A DNA stretch of 64,000 nt from Candidatus Marinacidobacterales bacterium (GCA_965224085.1 CBDCYI010000004.1:832001-896000); one strand, 5' to 3'. Numbered from the stretch's first letter, positions 29,909 to 41,186 are shown. Translations and numbers: made by a program. The notes: a model not told the origin generated them from the sequence alone.

Positions 29909-30856
29909 ATGAAAACCCCATCGACCGTGATCCAGACAATAAATCTGACGAAAGACTACGAGGTCGGGTTGTTTTCGAGAAGGAAGCTCCGGGCTCTCGA
30001 CCATCTCGAGCTCGAGGTGGAAGAGGGCGAGACCTTCGGGCTCATCGGACCGAACGGTGCGGGGAAGACAACGACCCTGAAGCTCCTCATGGGGCTGGTC
30101 TTCCCGACGGAGGGCGAGGCTAAAATCCTCGGAACGCCCATCGGCGATCGGGGTACGAAAAGCGAGATCGGCTATTTGCCCGAGCAGCCGTACTTCTACG
30201 ATTACTTGACGGGGAGGGAGCTGCTCAATTACTTCGGACAGCTCTTCGGGTTGAGCCGAACCGAGCGTGGAGCGCGCGTCGAAGAGCTCCTCGACAGAGT
30301 CGGCATGACGGCGTCCGGCGACGTACCGCTTCGGAAGTACTCGAAAGGCATGACCCAGCGTCTTGGGATCGCGCAAGCGTTGATCAATCGCCCCAAAGTC
30401 GTCTTCTTCGATGAGCCGATGTCCGGACTCGATCCTATCGGCCGGCGTGAGATGACGCTTCTGATACGAGAGCTTCGTGATTCGGGGGTCACCGTGTTTT
30501 TTTGCTCCCATATCCTCCCCGACGTCGAGCAGCTCTGCGATCGCGTCGCGATTCTGAACAAGGGTAAGCTCGTGGAGATAGGGCGGCTTGCCGAAATCCT
30601 CGACGTTTCGATCCAAGCTGTCGAAGTCGAGGTCGAGAACCTGAGTGAGGCGCTCGAGGCCGAGCTCCGCGGCGAAGCGAGCGAGATAAAGAAATCCGGT
30701 ACTCGTGCACGGGTTGTATTCACGCGCCGGGAAGATTTCGACGCGGCCCTGCATCCCCTGACAAGCGGCGGCGCCCGGCTTCTGTCGGTAACGCCGGTAA
30801 AGCAGAGCCTCGAAGAGTATTTCGTCGCCGAGATGTCCGGGAAAAATCCAGGATGA
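29909..30856 (+). CDS. ABC ATP-binding protein (PilH-like)
   Basis: GPNGAGKT, YSKGM, FFDEP; adjacent to the pilins. Confidence 0.92.
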   Translation: MKTPSTVIQTINLTKDYEVGLFSRRKLRALDHLELEVEEGETFGLIGPNGAGKTTTLKLLMGLVFPTEGEAKILGTPIGDRGTKSEIGYLPEQPYFYDYLTGRELLNYFGQLFGLSRTERGARVEELLDRVGMTASGDVPLRKYSKGMTQRLGIAQALINRPKVVFFDEPMSGLDPIGRREMTLLIRELRDSGVTVFFCSHILPDVEQLCDRVAILNKGKLVEIGRLAEILDVSIQAVEVEVENLSEALEAELRGEASEIKKSGTRARVVFTRREDFDAALHPLTSGGARLLSVTPVKQSLEEYFVAEMSGKNPG

Positions 30857-31620
30857 ATCGGATCGGCTACATCGCCCTGAACACCTATAGGGAGACCGTT
30901 CGTGACAAAGTCCTCTACAATCTGGTGCTCTTCGCGCTCCTCATGATTGCGAGCTCCTACATCCTCGGGACGATCTCGGTCTACCAAGAAGTGAAGATCA
31001 TCAACGATCTGGGGCTCGCGTCGATTTCCGTGTTCGGCATGGTGATTGCCATTTTCATCGGCATCAGCCTCGTTTCGAAGGAGATCGAAAAGCGCACGCT
31101 CTACAGTCTCCTCCCCAAACCGGTCTCCCGAGAGCAGTTCATTCTCGGCAAGTATCTCGGGCTATGTCTGACATTGCTCGTGAACGTCGCCATCATGAGC
31201 GCCGGCTTCTACATGCTGCTCTTCGTCATGGGAGAGACCTTCGAGTCTGGCCTGCTCAAAGCCATCGTGCTCATCTACGTGAAGCTGATGGTGCTCGTAG
31301 GTGTAGCGATCCTCTTCAGCACGTTCACGTCTCCGACTCTCGCGGGGCTCTTCACTGGCTTCACCTACGTCGCCGGCTACTACTCGGGCGATCTCAAGAA
31401 CTTCGACAGCATCGTCGACTCTGAGTTTCTACCGCACATTACGACAGCCTTGTACTACGCGCTGCCCAACTTCAAGAACTTCGATATCAAAGCTCAGGCG
31501 GTCGCCGGAGCGCCCTTGCCGCTTTCCCAGATCGGTTGGGCCATGGCTTACGGGCTCGTTTACATCTCGCTCCTTCTAGTCGTCTCCGTCTGGATCTTCA
31601 GGGCCCGGAATCTCAAGTAG
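30853..31620 (+). CDS. ABC-2 permease (PilI-like)
   Basis: EIEKRTLYSLLPKPVSR..FILGKYLG; six TM segments. Confidence 0.88.
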   Translation: MNRIGYIALNTYRETVRDKVLYNLVLFALLMIASSYILGTISVYQEVKIINDLGLASISVFGMVIAIFIGISLVSKEIEKRTLYSLLPKPVSREQFILGKYLGLCLTLLVNVAIMSAGFYMLLFVMGETFESGLLKAIVLIYVKLMVLVGVAILFSTFTSPTLAGLFTGFTYVAGYYSGDLKNFDSIVDSEFLPHITTALYYALPNFKNFDIKAQAVAGAPLPLSQIGWAMAYGLVYISLLLVVSVWIFRARNLK

Positions 31621-31625
31621 CAAAA

Positions 31626-32492
31626 ATGACTTTTCGTCTCCCCCTACTCGTTCTGCTGTTCGGCGCGGTCTACGGAATCCAGGCTCGTATCGACAAATCT
31701 CTTGGGCAGTATCGCGCGACGGAAGAGATTCTCTACGTCGACAGCGGCAACGTGATGAAGCGCGTGCTCTTGGGATTCGACAACATCGCCGCGGATCTGT
31801 ACTGGCTCCGGACAGTGCAGTACTTCGGCGGGAAACGCCTCGACGCGACGAATAAGGACTACAATCTTCTCGAGCCTTTGCTCAATATCACCATCGAGCT
31901 CGATCCAAAGTTCAAGATCGCCTACTCTTATGGAGCGACGTTTCTCTCGGAGCCCTTCCCCACGGGTGCGGGGCTGCCTTCGAAGGGTATCGAGATCATC
32001 GATAAAGGTATCGCGGAGCACCCCGGGCACTGGCGCTTCTACCTCGACAAAGGGTTCATCTACTTCTGGTTCCTGAAAGACTACAAGAAGGCAGCGGAGG
32101 TCACCCTGGAGGGGAGCAAGCTCCCCGGAGCGCCATACTGGGTGGTCGCCACCGCGAGTCGCATGCTGACCCGGGGTGGGGAACGCGAGACGGCTCGGCA
32201 TCTGTGGCAGATGCTGTTCGAGATTGCGGAGACGAGCCAGCAGCGGGACAATGCCGCCATCCACTTGAAACAACTCGACGCCCTCGACGAGATAGATCTC
32301 TTGAGAAAGGCGATCGGGGCGTTTCACCAGCGCGACGGCCGCTATCCGGTTAGCTGGCAAGAGCTCGTCGACGCCGGTTTCTTGAAAAGCGTTCCCGTCG
32401 ACCCAACCGGGACCGCCTACGTGTTGAATCCCGAAACGCACGCCGTGAAGCTCAGCAGTGGCTCGACACTCGCGGGCTTGCCGACACGGTGA
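31626..32492 (+). CDS. Pilin-locus TPR-like protein (PilG-like)
   Basis: AADLYWLRTVQYFG, LDPKF; N-terminal hydrophobic segment; gene context. Confidence 0.65.
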   Translation: MTFRLPLLVLLFGAVYGIQARIDKSLGQYRATEEILYVDSGNVMKRVLLGFDNIAADLYWLRTVQYFGGKRLDATNKDYNLLEPLLNITIELDPKFKIAYSYGATFLSEPFPTGAGLPSKGIEIIDKGIAEHPGHWRFYLDKGFIYFWFLKDYKKAAEVTLEGSKLPGAPYWVVATASRMLTRGGERETARHLWQMLFEIAETSQQRDNAAIHLKQLDALDEIDLLRKAIGAFHQRDGRYPVSWQELVDAGFLKSVPVDPTGTAYVLNPETHAVKLSSGSTLAGLPTR

Positions 32493-32698
32493 TGACGTAC
32501 GCCACCGAGTTCCAAACGATCCAAGGCTTTCGAGGGGATAGCTACACAGTCACCCGGCGGGGATTGAAGTAGCTTGTGCTGACGAGTTATGGTCGTTCCT
32601 AATAGAAGCACACGAACGATTGCCCCGGATACAGCTCGCGCCCATAGAACTCTGAGCCAACAAGTTTCCGGCCATCATCCCTCCAGGTCGCTATCGTT

Positions 32699-35600
32699 TT
32701 GACGAGGACCCACTCCGATTCCCGCTCGCCCAGCATCGCGGTTCTCGCGCTTTTCTTCATCGGCTCGGGGTTCAGTGCGCTCGCCTATCAGGTCATTCTC
32801 AGCCGCTACGCGCAGCTCATCGTTGGCGCCACGGCCTACGCCATCAGCGCCCTGCTCGTCGCCTTCATGCTGGGGATGTCCGCAGGCGCCGCCCTGGGAG
32901 GCCGGTGGGCGGATCGGACAGACCACCCGCTGCGGGTCTACGCCATCGCAGAGGGAGCTATCGGTCTGTACTGCATCAGCTTTCCTGTCCTATTTCCCTG
33001 GTTCACCGAGCTGTACTTGTCGGTCGTGCCCACTATCGGAGAAAGTACGTTTCTGGCCAGAAACCTGGTGCGCTTCGCCCTCGGCGTCGGAGCTTTCGTG
33101 CTTCCAACATTCTTTATGGGAATCACTACGCCGGCTTTTGCCAGAGCGGTGGCTTCCCATCGCGAGGACAGTGGCGCCTGGCTGGCGCGGCTCTACGGCT
33201 GGAATACGTTCGGCGCCGCGCTCGGTGCGTTGACGACGGCCTACCTGCTCGTTCCCAAGCTCGGGCTGGTGGGAAGCATGCTGCTAGCCACCGTCATCAA
33301 CTTCTCCATTGCCATTGTCGCCTACCGCCGCTCCGTTCCATTGAAGGCGGACTCTTCGAAAAGCGCCCGCGAACCGACAAGAACGGCCGCGCCCCCCGAG
33401 CCCGTCGATACGGAACACGAGCCGCGACTAGCTGCGACTCCCTTCCGAAAACTCCTCTTGCCTGCAGTCGTCGTCCTGGCAGTACTCGTGGTCGTCGATC
33501 TCACTTTCAGCAGCATCCATCTCTTCGGCTCGGTTCTGGTCTTCGTGCTTCGCCGCTCGGTATCCATCGCGCTGATATTGACGGCGGCGATCGCCACCGG
33601 GCTTTGGCTGCGCAGACGCGGCGACAAAGCCTGGGCTGAAACGTTGGCAGTGTTCCTACTGGCCGCGTTCGCGAGCGGCTACTTGTCCTTCGCCCTCGAG
33701 ATCATCTGGACACATCTGCTGGCCATCCTTCTTGGAAACTCGGTATATGCCTTCGGGCTCATGCTGGGCTCCTTGCTGCTCGGGCTCGCGATTGGGAGCG
33801 TCATCGCTCGCCGCCTCACCAAGCCGCCAGAGCTGGCGCGCAACTGGGTCGGTGCCTCGATGGCGCTGGCCGGACTCTTCGTCCTGCTCACTCTCGGTCT
33901 GTGGGACGAGATTCCCGCAGTCTTTCTGCTCTTTGCGCAGTCTTCGCCGAGCTTCGCCTTGATGGAGGCGGTGCGATTCGCCGTGGCGATCTTACTCATG
34001 CTGCTCCCGACCGCGGCGTTCGGTATCACTTTTCCCCTCACGCTCCACTGTGCCACCGAGCGAGGGGTCGGCTTCGGCGAGCACGTCGGCAAGGTGTATG
34101 CCGTCAATACACGTCGCCAAAGTACTGCGACGCCGCTTCGATAATAGGTTCGCTCAGCTCGGCACATACCACTTCCTCGAAACCGTGCGCCGCCAGCGCG
34201 GCGAGCGTCACACCCGTCCCCAGCCAGATGACGAGGGCGCGTTCGCGCTCAGCTGTAAACAGTGTCGGAATATTGGCGGCGCGATGCTGCACCGGAATCT
34301 CTTCGCTGTTGTCGCCCTGGAACTTGCCGTTGGTGAGAAGTGTTCTAACCTCACGCTCCTCGACCACGCTGGTGAGACCACCGGTCGCATCTTCGCGACG
34401 ATAGACGATCGTTCCGCGTTCGCTGGTCGAATCACCGAGATAGATCGCGGCCGCCATGTTGAGTGCGTTGAAGTCCCACGCGACAGGAAGCAGTTGAACC
34501 CAAAGGACGGCTGAGACGGCAATCCCAGCGATGAGCCGCTTCCCGGGAAAGGTGGCGAGGGCGAGGATCAGAAGACCGCCGACAAGAAGCAGCAATGAGC
34601 GCAGAACTTTTAGCGATTCCAGACCATGGGCGCGGTCCTGGGCGCTCTTTCCGGACCTTACTTGTTCCTCCCCACGCTGGGAAGTTCAACGGTGACATCC
34701 TGAGCGCGCCCAACGTCCGCATGATCCAAGAAGACGGGCGCAGCGTTCTGCTGGAGAGCCCGGATCGCTACGACGTCATCACCGTGGAGGTCTCGAGCAT
34801 CTGGTTCGCGGGCGTGGGTGCGATATACAGCACCGAGTTCTACGAGCTGGCTTCGAGCCGGCTCAGGCGCGAAGGCGTGCTGCTTCAGTGGTTTCCCATC
34901 CATCACCTTTCCGCGCGCAACCTGTTCATCGTGGTGAATACCGTGCGCTCGGTTTTTCCCTATGTAAGCCTGTGGACACATCGACATCAAGCTTTCGTAG
35001 TCGCCTCCAATGAACCCCTTCGGCTCGATTTGCAGTCGGTGCGCGACGATCAGCAGCGGAAGGGTATGGAACCGTATTTGCGCGAGCTTCCCTCGGGCTC
35101 GCCCCTCGAGCTCTTGAGCGATCTGGTCGTTACCGACACCGACATCGACCGGTTCCTGGATTCGATGAGCGTCTTGCTGCGAACCAAACGAAACGTCGTC
35201 TCGACAGACACCTGGCCGACGCTCGAGTACGAGACACCCAAAGATGTGCTCGAGAACTTTTCCTACTTCCAGAATCGAGCCACTTTTCAGAGGTTTCGAA
35301 GCACGGCGCCTTTTGCATTCCGGGGAAAGCCGAAGGCCATAGAACGAGCGCTGCAGCGCGCGGCCTTTGCCCGCGGCTGGAACGACCCGCGCGCGCTCGC
35401 CCGACTCGCCGAGATATGGGCCCAGGAGCCCGAGCTCTCGGACGCGGCGAGCGAGTGGTTGTTCGACGAGCTCACCGGCGAGAACGCTTTCGGGGCCGAC
35501 TTCGGATCGGACCCGCTATCCGAGCTTCGAGATCAGCTCGATGCGCTCCGGGGATTGGTGGCCAGTGCCGGCACGGTCACGTCGTGCGAGCCGATGCCTT

Positions 35601-36073
35601 CTTTCGTCTCCCGCGTGAGCTACACACCACTTCACGTGACGGGAACATCCGGCGAGAGCCTGGATTCCACTTTGCCGGAGGACGCTCTCGACGGCATCTT
35701 CGACCCCGAGCTCGGCAAAGGCTGGAGAGTGCGGCCCGACGGGCGCCCGGTGCAGCTCGACGTGGGCTTCGAAGCTCCGACCTCGGTCAGAAGCGTGCGG
35801 ATGATCGTGCGTCCCGTGGACGGTTCCGTTGCCCGCTCGAGACTTCTTGGACGTGACGAGAACGGCGCCTGGCATCCGCTGGCGAGCGCGAGCCAGGAGG
35901 ACGATATCGCCTGCCAGTCAGCGCGGGTTTACGAGCTGAGTGACGATGCGCCCAGGCTCGTCGGACTCAGGGTCGTGGTTCAAGGCGAAGGCAATTCGTT
36001 TCGCATCGCTCTGCACGAGCTCTGGGTTTCCGAGCAAGAGGCGCCATCTGGAGGAGGGGCCGCCGGCCCATGA
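32699..36073 (+). pseudogene. Fused membrane/spermidine-synthase-like gene, internally scrambled
   Basis: SGFSALAYQV, LYGWNTFGA, LLTNGKFQG (inverted block), EDGR and YSTEFY. Block order is A-C(inverted)-B-D. Confidence 0.85.
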
Positions 36074-38358
36074 GACTGCTCACATCCGTCCTCTCGGCAA
36101 CACTGGTTTCAGGCTCGCTTTGGCTCTGGGACCTCTTGCGGCTGTCGTCTTACAACTTCGCCGGTGTTACCGATCAGGCCGCGGCCGATCGTGTGCTCTC
36201 CGTGACCGGAAGTGCCATTACGGCGATGGAGCTCGAGCTGCTAGTGGTGCACCTCCTGCTCGGCGGCGTCTTCGGTTTGCTCTGCGGGCTTACCTGGCAG
36301 ACGTTGGGGACGCGCTTGAGCCGCGCGCGACGCGCTGTGCTCACGGCCGCGTTGACGTATGGACAGTCCTGGTGCTCGGCAGAGACGTCGTTTCGGCTGG
36401 GCGCCCGCGTTCGTTTCGACGCAGCCTCCATCGAGCGCGATCGTCGCGGCTCACTCGAGATGTGGCTGGACACAGCGGACGAAAGCTCCGTGCTGTCCAG
36501 CGAACGTCTTGCCTTCCCCGGGAGTTTGAGCGCCTCACGGCAAACCGACATCGAAATCGGAGGCAGCGGCGGCCGACTCTGCTTCCGCGCCGCCGGTGGC
36601 GCGGCTGCCATCGGCGAAGCGCGGGTGCTCGCGCCGGCCAGCGAAGACGAAACACGGCCGCGTTGGCTTATTTTGACCATCGTGGATGCATTGCGCGCCG
36701 ATGTGCTCCGCACGGAAGAGAAACAGCGCCAGCGCGTCATGCCTGCGCTTTCTGCATTGACTGCGAAAGGCCAGCACTATCAGAATGCGATAGCACCCGG
36801 CTGTCATACGCGCGCGTCGGTTCGGCCCATTTTGATGGGACGCGATCTCATGCGCATCGATCCTTTGCAACGACGCGAGTCGATGCCCATCCAGTCGCCG
36901 CTCGAAGACATCTACTCCCGTGCCAACCTGTTCGTGAGCCACCTCGCCGAAAACGCCGGCTACCACTCCGTGTTTCTCGGCAACAACGCGTATCTCAGAG
37001 CCGTCCCCGCCTTCAGCCGTTACTCGAGCTGGGGCAATACCGACACGGGAACGATGGACACCATCGCGGCGCTGCCGGCTCTCTTCGATCGCTATCGCGA
37101 CGAACCGGTGCTCCTGCTCTATTACGTTTCCACACCGCATGCGCAGTCCAAGACGCCTCGACGTTGGTTCGACGCATTTGGGTGCGGCAAGCTCGCCGGT
37201 ATCGAGCAGTGTCGCTGCAACTACCTCGCCCGCGCGCGCCACGCCGACGAGGCGCTCGAGTTTTTACGTCAGGGTCTCGAAGCGAGCGGTCTCGAGGGAG
37301 AGACCTTCGAGATCATCACCGCGGACCATGGAGAGCTGTTCGACGATGGCATGCTGCTCGAGGGCGAAGTGCCTGCCTTCACCACGGGTGTGCGGCGGGG
37401 CGCTTTCAAGAGCTTCGGCCGCTTGCACGGAAACGGATGCCACTTTCGCGAGACCGACGTTCCACTGATAGTTTATGGCCGAGACGTCGAGCCCGCTCGC
37501 GTCGGACGCCGTGTCTCCGGACTGGACATCGTTCCCACGCTTCTCCGAGTCATGGATCAGACAGTTGTCTCGCGGCTCGATGGCAGGGCCCTGCCGTTGC
37601 GCAGTGTCCGTCCGGTCCGGTCTGCCCAGCGCGATTTCGTGACCCATGGGTTCTGCTCGGACTCCATCCACCGCGGCGAGGCGCAGGTCATCTGGTGGAT
37701 TCAGGGATGTCAACTACGGGAACCGGGGAGCGAGACGCTCATCGACTATCGCAGCGAGTTGTGGATCGGAGATCGGCAAGTGGCGACGGAAACGACGCAA
37801 CCGACACGGCTGCGGCGGGCCATGGCCGAGCACGAGATATGGTTGCGTGAACGTCTTCCATCCGAAGCGGTCGTCTTTCACACCGCGAATCTGCCAGCCG
37901 GTGCGACGGTCACGCTCACCATTGATGATGGCACCGGCATCATCAGTGACTTCGGACCGGCGGGAACCGTATTCGGGCTCGATCGCGTCGCCCTCATCGA
38001 GGTGACGGATCGCGCCATCGCGGTGCGGTTCGACGGCTACGACGGTCTCTACTACGTCAGCACGCTCCCTGCGCGTGTTCCGGTTCGAGTCTTCATCGAA
38101 AACGACGGCAAACCCGTGGACACCGTGAGCTTCATCGGCCCCATGCGACTGCCACTCGACACCGCGGGACGGGCTATCGCACCGGATGAGCGCCCGAGCT
38201 TTTTTGTCTCTGATAAAACACCGACCCTCCGCAAAACGGATGCGCCCACCCTGGGACTCTGGTGGCACCCCTACGGTGTGGCCACTTCCGCGGCCGATGC
38301 CAAAAAAGCTCTCTCGGACTTTGATCGCGTGCTCCGTGAGTGGGGCTACATCCGCTGA
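36070..38358 (+). CDS. Sulfatase-like hydrolase/transferase, probably internally deleted near the N-terminus
   Basis: IVDALRAD, TPH, ITADHGE, DIVPTLL. Confidence 0.7.
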   Translation: MRLLTSVLSATLVSGSLWLWDLLRLSSYNFAGVTDQAAADRVLSVTGSAITAMELELLVVHLLLGGVFGLLCGLTWQTLGTRLSRARRAVLTAALTYGQSWCSAETSFRLGARVRFDAASIERDRRGSLEMWLDTADESSVLSSERLAFPGSLSASRQTDIEIGGSGGRLCFRAAGGAAAIGEARVLAPASEDETRPRWLILTIVDALRADVLRTEEKQRQRVMPALSALTAKGQHYQNAIAPGCHTRASVRPILMGRDLMRIDPLQRRESMPIQSPLEDIYSRANLFVSHLAENAGYHSVFLGNNAYLRAVPAFSRYSSWGNTDTGTMDTIAALPALFDRYRDEPVLLLYYVSTPHAQSKTPRRWFDAFGCGKLAGIEQCRCNYLARARHADEALEFLRQGLEASGLEGETFEIITADHGELFDDGMLLEGEVPAFTTGVRRGAFKSFGRLHGNGCHFRETDVPLIVYGRDVEPARVGRRVSGLDIVPTLLRVMDQTVVSRLDGRALPLRSVRPVRSAQRDFVTHGFCSDSIHRGEAQVIWWIQGCQLREPGSETLIDYRSELWIGDRQVATETTQPTRLRRAMAEHEIWLRERLPSEAVVFHTANLPAGATVTLTIDDGTGIISDFGPAGTVFGLDRVALIEVTDRAIAVRFDGYDGLYYVSTLPARVPVRVFIENDGKPVDTVSFIGPMRLPLDTAGRAIAPDERPSFFVSDKTPTLRKTDAPTLGLWWHPYGVATSAADAKKALSDFDRVLREWGYIR

Positions 38359-38427
38359 GTGGGAAAACTGGGAGGGCTGGATTGAAGCGGATTCTTGGAC
38401 CGCGGGGCGTTTGAATTTGAATCAAAC

Positions 38428-39150
38428 CTACTTGGAGCGACTCAGACAAGCTCGGGACAGGGACTCACGCAACTTGTCTTCGTGAACGACGAGGCGCCGA
38501 CCCACGGACGTGACCCATCCGCGACGCTTGAAGTCGGTAATCGTGAGGCTCACGATCTCTCGGCTGGCTCCGATGAGATTCCCCAAGTCCTGCTGGCTCA
38601 GGTTCAGGCTAATCACGGTACCGCTACCTCGGGTTTCCCCGTAGCGCCTGGCGAGCTCGAGTAGCTGTTTTGCGAGTCGTGTGGGGACTCGGTGAAACAC
38701 TTGTGATTCGAGACGCTCTTCGAGCCGCGAGCAACGCTCAGCGAGAAGCCCCGCGACGCGCAAAGCGAGCGAGGGTCGGCCCGACAGAAGTCTTTCAAAA
38801 GTGAGTCGCGGAATCGAAATGAGCTCCGTGATCTCGAGCGCCTCGGCGTAGCTCTGCGACAGCGCGGGATGGAGGTCCCCGGAAAGAAACGACATTTCCC
38901 CGAACAGTTCACCCACTTCAACGAGGTCGAGCAAGATGACACGGCCCTCGTCCGAGAAGCGCAAGACTTTGACACGTCCGTGGGCAAGCACGTGTACCGC
39001 GGCCCCGCGACCATCCTGAAGCGAGATGAGGTCTCCTTTAGAAACGCTGCGCCGCGTCGGCACACAGCCCCGACGAGCGACGGCGGACAAGATCTCGTTC
39101 GCAAGAACGGGCATAGATGTCACGCGCTGGGGGAGTGCACCCGTGGCCAT
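38428..39150 (-). CDS. Crp/Fnr-family transcriptional regulator
   Basis: GELFGE; LSQQDLGNLIGASREIVS helix-turn-helix. Confidence 0.9.
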   Translation of the reverse strand: MATGALPQRVTSMPVLANEILSAVARRGCVPTRRSVSKGDLISLQDGRGAAVHVLAHGRVKVLRFSDEGRVILLDLVEVGELFGEMSFLSGDLHPALSQSYAEALEITELISIPRLTFERLLSGRPSLALRVAGLLAERCSRLEERLESQVFHRVPTRLAKQLLELARRYGETRGSGTVISLNLSQQDLGNLIGASREIVSLTITDFKRRGWVTSVGRRLVVHEDKLRESLSRACLSRSK

Positions 39151-39254
39151 GAAACGCATCCGTGCAAGTGAAATGCCATCCTCAAAGTGACTCGTAAAAC
39201 CTTGAGGAACCACGGCTTGAGCGAGGGGCACGGAATCGGAGAGTCGCGGTCGAT

Positions 39255-39821
39255 TTACGAGTTTCGCCGCAACGGCCGAAGATCGTAAATCGCGTAGAGC
39301 AAAAGCCATGGGTCTAGAACGTAATCCCAGAGGTTAGAGGATTCGAGAAGATCGAGCCGATAGGCAAGAACCGCGAGCACGATCGCACCGAGACAGACGT
39401 GGTAGCGTCGCCACCAGGCAAGACCTGCATAAAGCGCCAGCGTCGCGAGCAATCCGGTCGGCGCGAATCCGAGCGTGTAGGGGTCGAAAGGACCCAACCC
39501 GAGCGCCATTGGGTACAGGAAAAGGCCACCCGCCGCGACGAGCCGGAAAACGAATCGCCACTCGGCCACCGAGCCCAGCGAGAAAGCCCCGAGCTCTGAA
39601 GCGATCGCGCAGGCCAAAAGCGTCATGGAGGTAAAGCTAAGATCGGACGACACCGCTCTAACGTAGCCGGCGAGCGGCAGTCCCGAAACGGGCAGCCACG
39701 AAAGCCCGAGCGCGAGGGCGACCACGAACCAGGGCCTTTGCCGAGGACCGATCACGAGCGCGCACCAAACGAACAGGAGCCCGATGCCAAAAAGCCCGGT
39801 TAGCGATTGTGAAGAAGCCAC
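39255..39821 (-). CDS. Hypothetical membrane protein
   Basis: Hydrophobic, with LYPMALGLGPFDPY and SSNLWDYVLDP. Overlaps the upstream gene. Confidence 0.7.
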   Translation of the reverse strand: MASSQSLTGLFGIGLLFVWCALVIGPRQRPWFVVALALGLSWLPVSGLPLAGYVRAVSSDLSFTSMTLLACAIASELGAFSLGSVAEWRFVFRLVAAGGLFLYPMALGLGPFDPYTLGFAPTGLLATLALYAGLAWWRRYHVCLGAIVLAVLAYRLDLLESSNLWDYVLDPWLLLYAIYDLRPLRRNS

Positions 39822-40963
39822 TCGCGGTTGAACCTCACATGAACGATACGCTCTCGGTTCCACGTATATAGAAGATGAAACTCACCATTCGCTCCTTGCT
39901 CGAGCCAGGGATAGGCAAATCTCGCCTTCTCTGCAACGACAGGCGCGGGTGGGTCGAGCACGAGGATACTCTGCCAGCTATGTCCACGATCGTTCGACAG
40001 CGCCAAGGTCAAATCGCTCCGGTCGTGCTCGCTGTCGTTGAACGCCAGCAGAAGCTCGCCATCCTGGCTCCGAAGTGCCGCGATCGCGGCGTCCGGATTA
40101 TTCACGGAAGTCGGTCGCGGGGCCGTCCAGTGCCGTCCAGCGTCGCTGGTCTCGGTCGCCAGAATCCTAGGAGCGCTTCGGCCGCTTCTTCGCATCAACG
40201 CGAGGGCTCGTTCCGCATCGAAAGGCACCACCACTGGCTGCAGAGACGAGTGCCCCCAAGAGAGTCGCGTTTTTCCGATGACGCGGGCATCTTCGTCGAG
40301 ACGCGCGAGCTCGCCGAACTTTCCGAGGAGCTCGTGATAGACGGGCAGCCCGAGCCGCCCATCCGCATATTGGATCGCCGGCCCTTTCACGAGCGTGCTC
40401 AAATTGAGAAATGGCGACGCCACGAGCCGGCTTGCGCGCGACCACGTTCTCCCATCGTCGGCAGACGATCGCGCGTTGATCGCACTCCCCGACCAGCCGC
40501 CGACGGAAACGCTCACGTAGAAAAGCCACAATTGCCCTTTACGGTCCCGTGTCACCACGGGATTTCCGAGCTTCTTGATATAGCGGCCTAAATCTTTCTG
40601 GGTTTCTTCACGAGTCGTCACCTCTTGCTCCGAGCCCCAGCTATCCGTCTCCGCGTCGAACACGGAGGAGTAGATCGCGACATCCGCAGCACCTTCGCGA
40701 CTTCCCCCATACCAGAAAGCGCGGAGGTCCCCTCCGGCAATCTCGATGGCGCTAGCGCTGTGCACCGAGGGCGTGCCTCCCGAGGAAGCGAAGCCGACTT
40801 CGAATAGCGGCCGGGCCACGGGAGGCGCAATCGTGCCGCGCTCGACGACATCGAACGACGAAGCGGCGGGCTCGGTGGCAGCTCGATGAAAGGCGGCAGC
40901 AAAGACAGTGATGGCGACCGCAAGCCACACCGCGCGGACGCCCCGAGCCTCCAATCCCTGCAT
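39800..40963 (-). CDS. BNR-repeat sialidase-family protein
   Basis: Asp-boxes SADDGRTW, TSDAGRHW, SNDRGHSW. Confidence 0.85.
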   Translation of the reverse strand: MQGLEARGVRAVWLAVAITVFAAAFHRAATEPAASSFDVVERGTIAPPVARPLFEVGFASSGGTPSVHSASAIEIAGGDLRAFWYGGSREGAADVAIYSSVFDAETDSWGSEQEVTTREETQKDLGRYIKKLGNPVVTRDRKGQLWLFYVSVSVGGWSGSAINARSSADDGRTWSRASRLVASPFLNLSTLVKGPAIQYADGRLGLPVYHELLGKFGELARLDEDARVIGKTRLSWGHSSLQPVVVPFDAERALALMRRSGRSAPRILATETSDAGRHWTAPRPTSVNNPDAAIAALRSQDGELLLAFNDSEHDRSDLTLALSNDRGHSWQSILVLDPPAPVVAEKARFAYPWLEQGANGEFHLLYTWNRERIVHVRFNREWLLHNR

Positions 40964-41081
40964 GGAGGACGAGTATACCGAAAGCCTTCCCGATAGTAGT
41001 CAAGTCCGGCAAAGCCTGCTACTATGGAGATGGCCAATCCGGCTCGCAAACCTTCCAACAATCGAATAGGGGTACAAAGCT

Positions 41082-41186
41082 ATGAGCGACGACGATGGTG
41101 CGGGTGGCTGGGTCGTTTGGATCGGCGTGCTGATCCTGATCAATTTCCTTAGCTGGATGTTCGACTGGTCCTTCTGGATCTATTGA
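41082..41186 (+). CDS. 34-aa Trp-rich small membrane protein (not in ORF track)
   Basis: MSDDDGAGGWVVWIGVLILINFLSWMFDWSFWIY*, preceded by AGGGG. Confidence 0.6.
   Translation: MSDDDGAGGWVVWIGVLILINFLSWMFDWSFWIY

Noticed and set aside
35940-37850. 636-aa ORF
   Set aside because: Arg/Ala-rich alternative frame over the sulfatase-like gene, typical of high-GC DNA.
40975-41060. Possible riboswitch (ATAGTAG/CTACTAT stem, GCAAA motifs)
   Set aside because: Could not be fitted by eye to a c-di-GMP or other known consensus; an Rfam scan would be needed.
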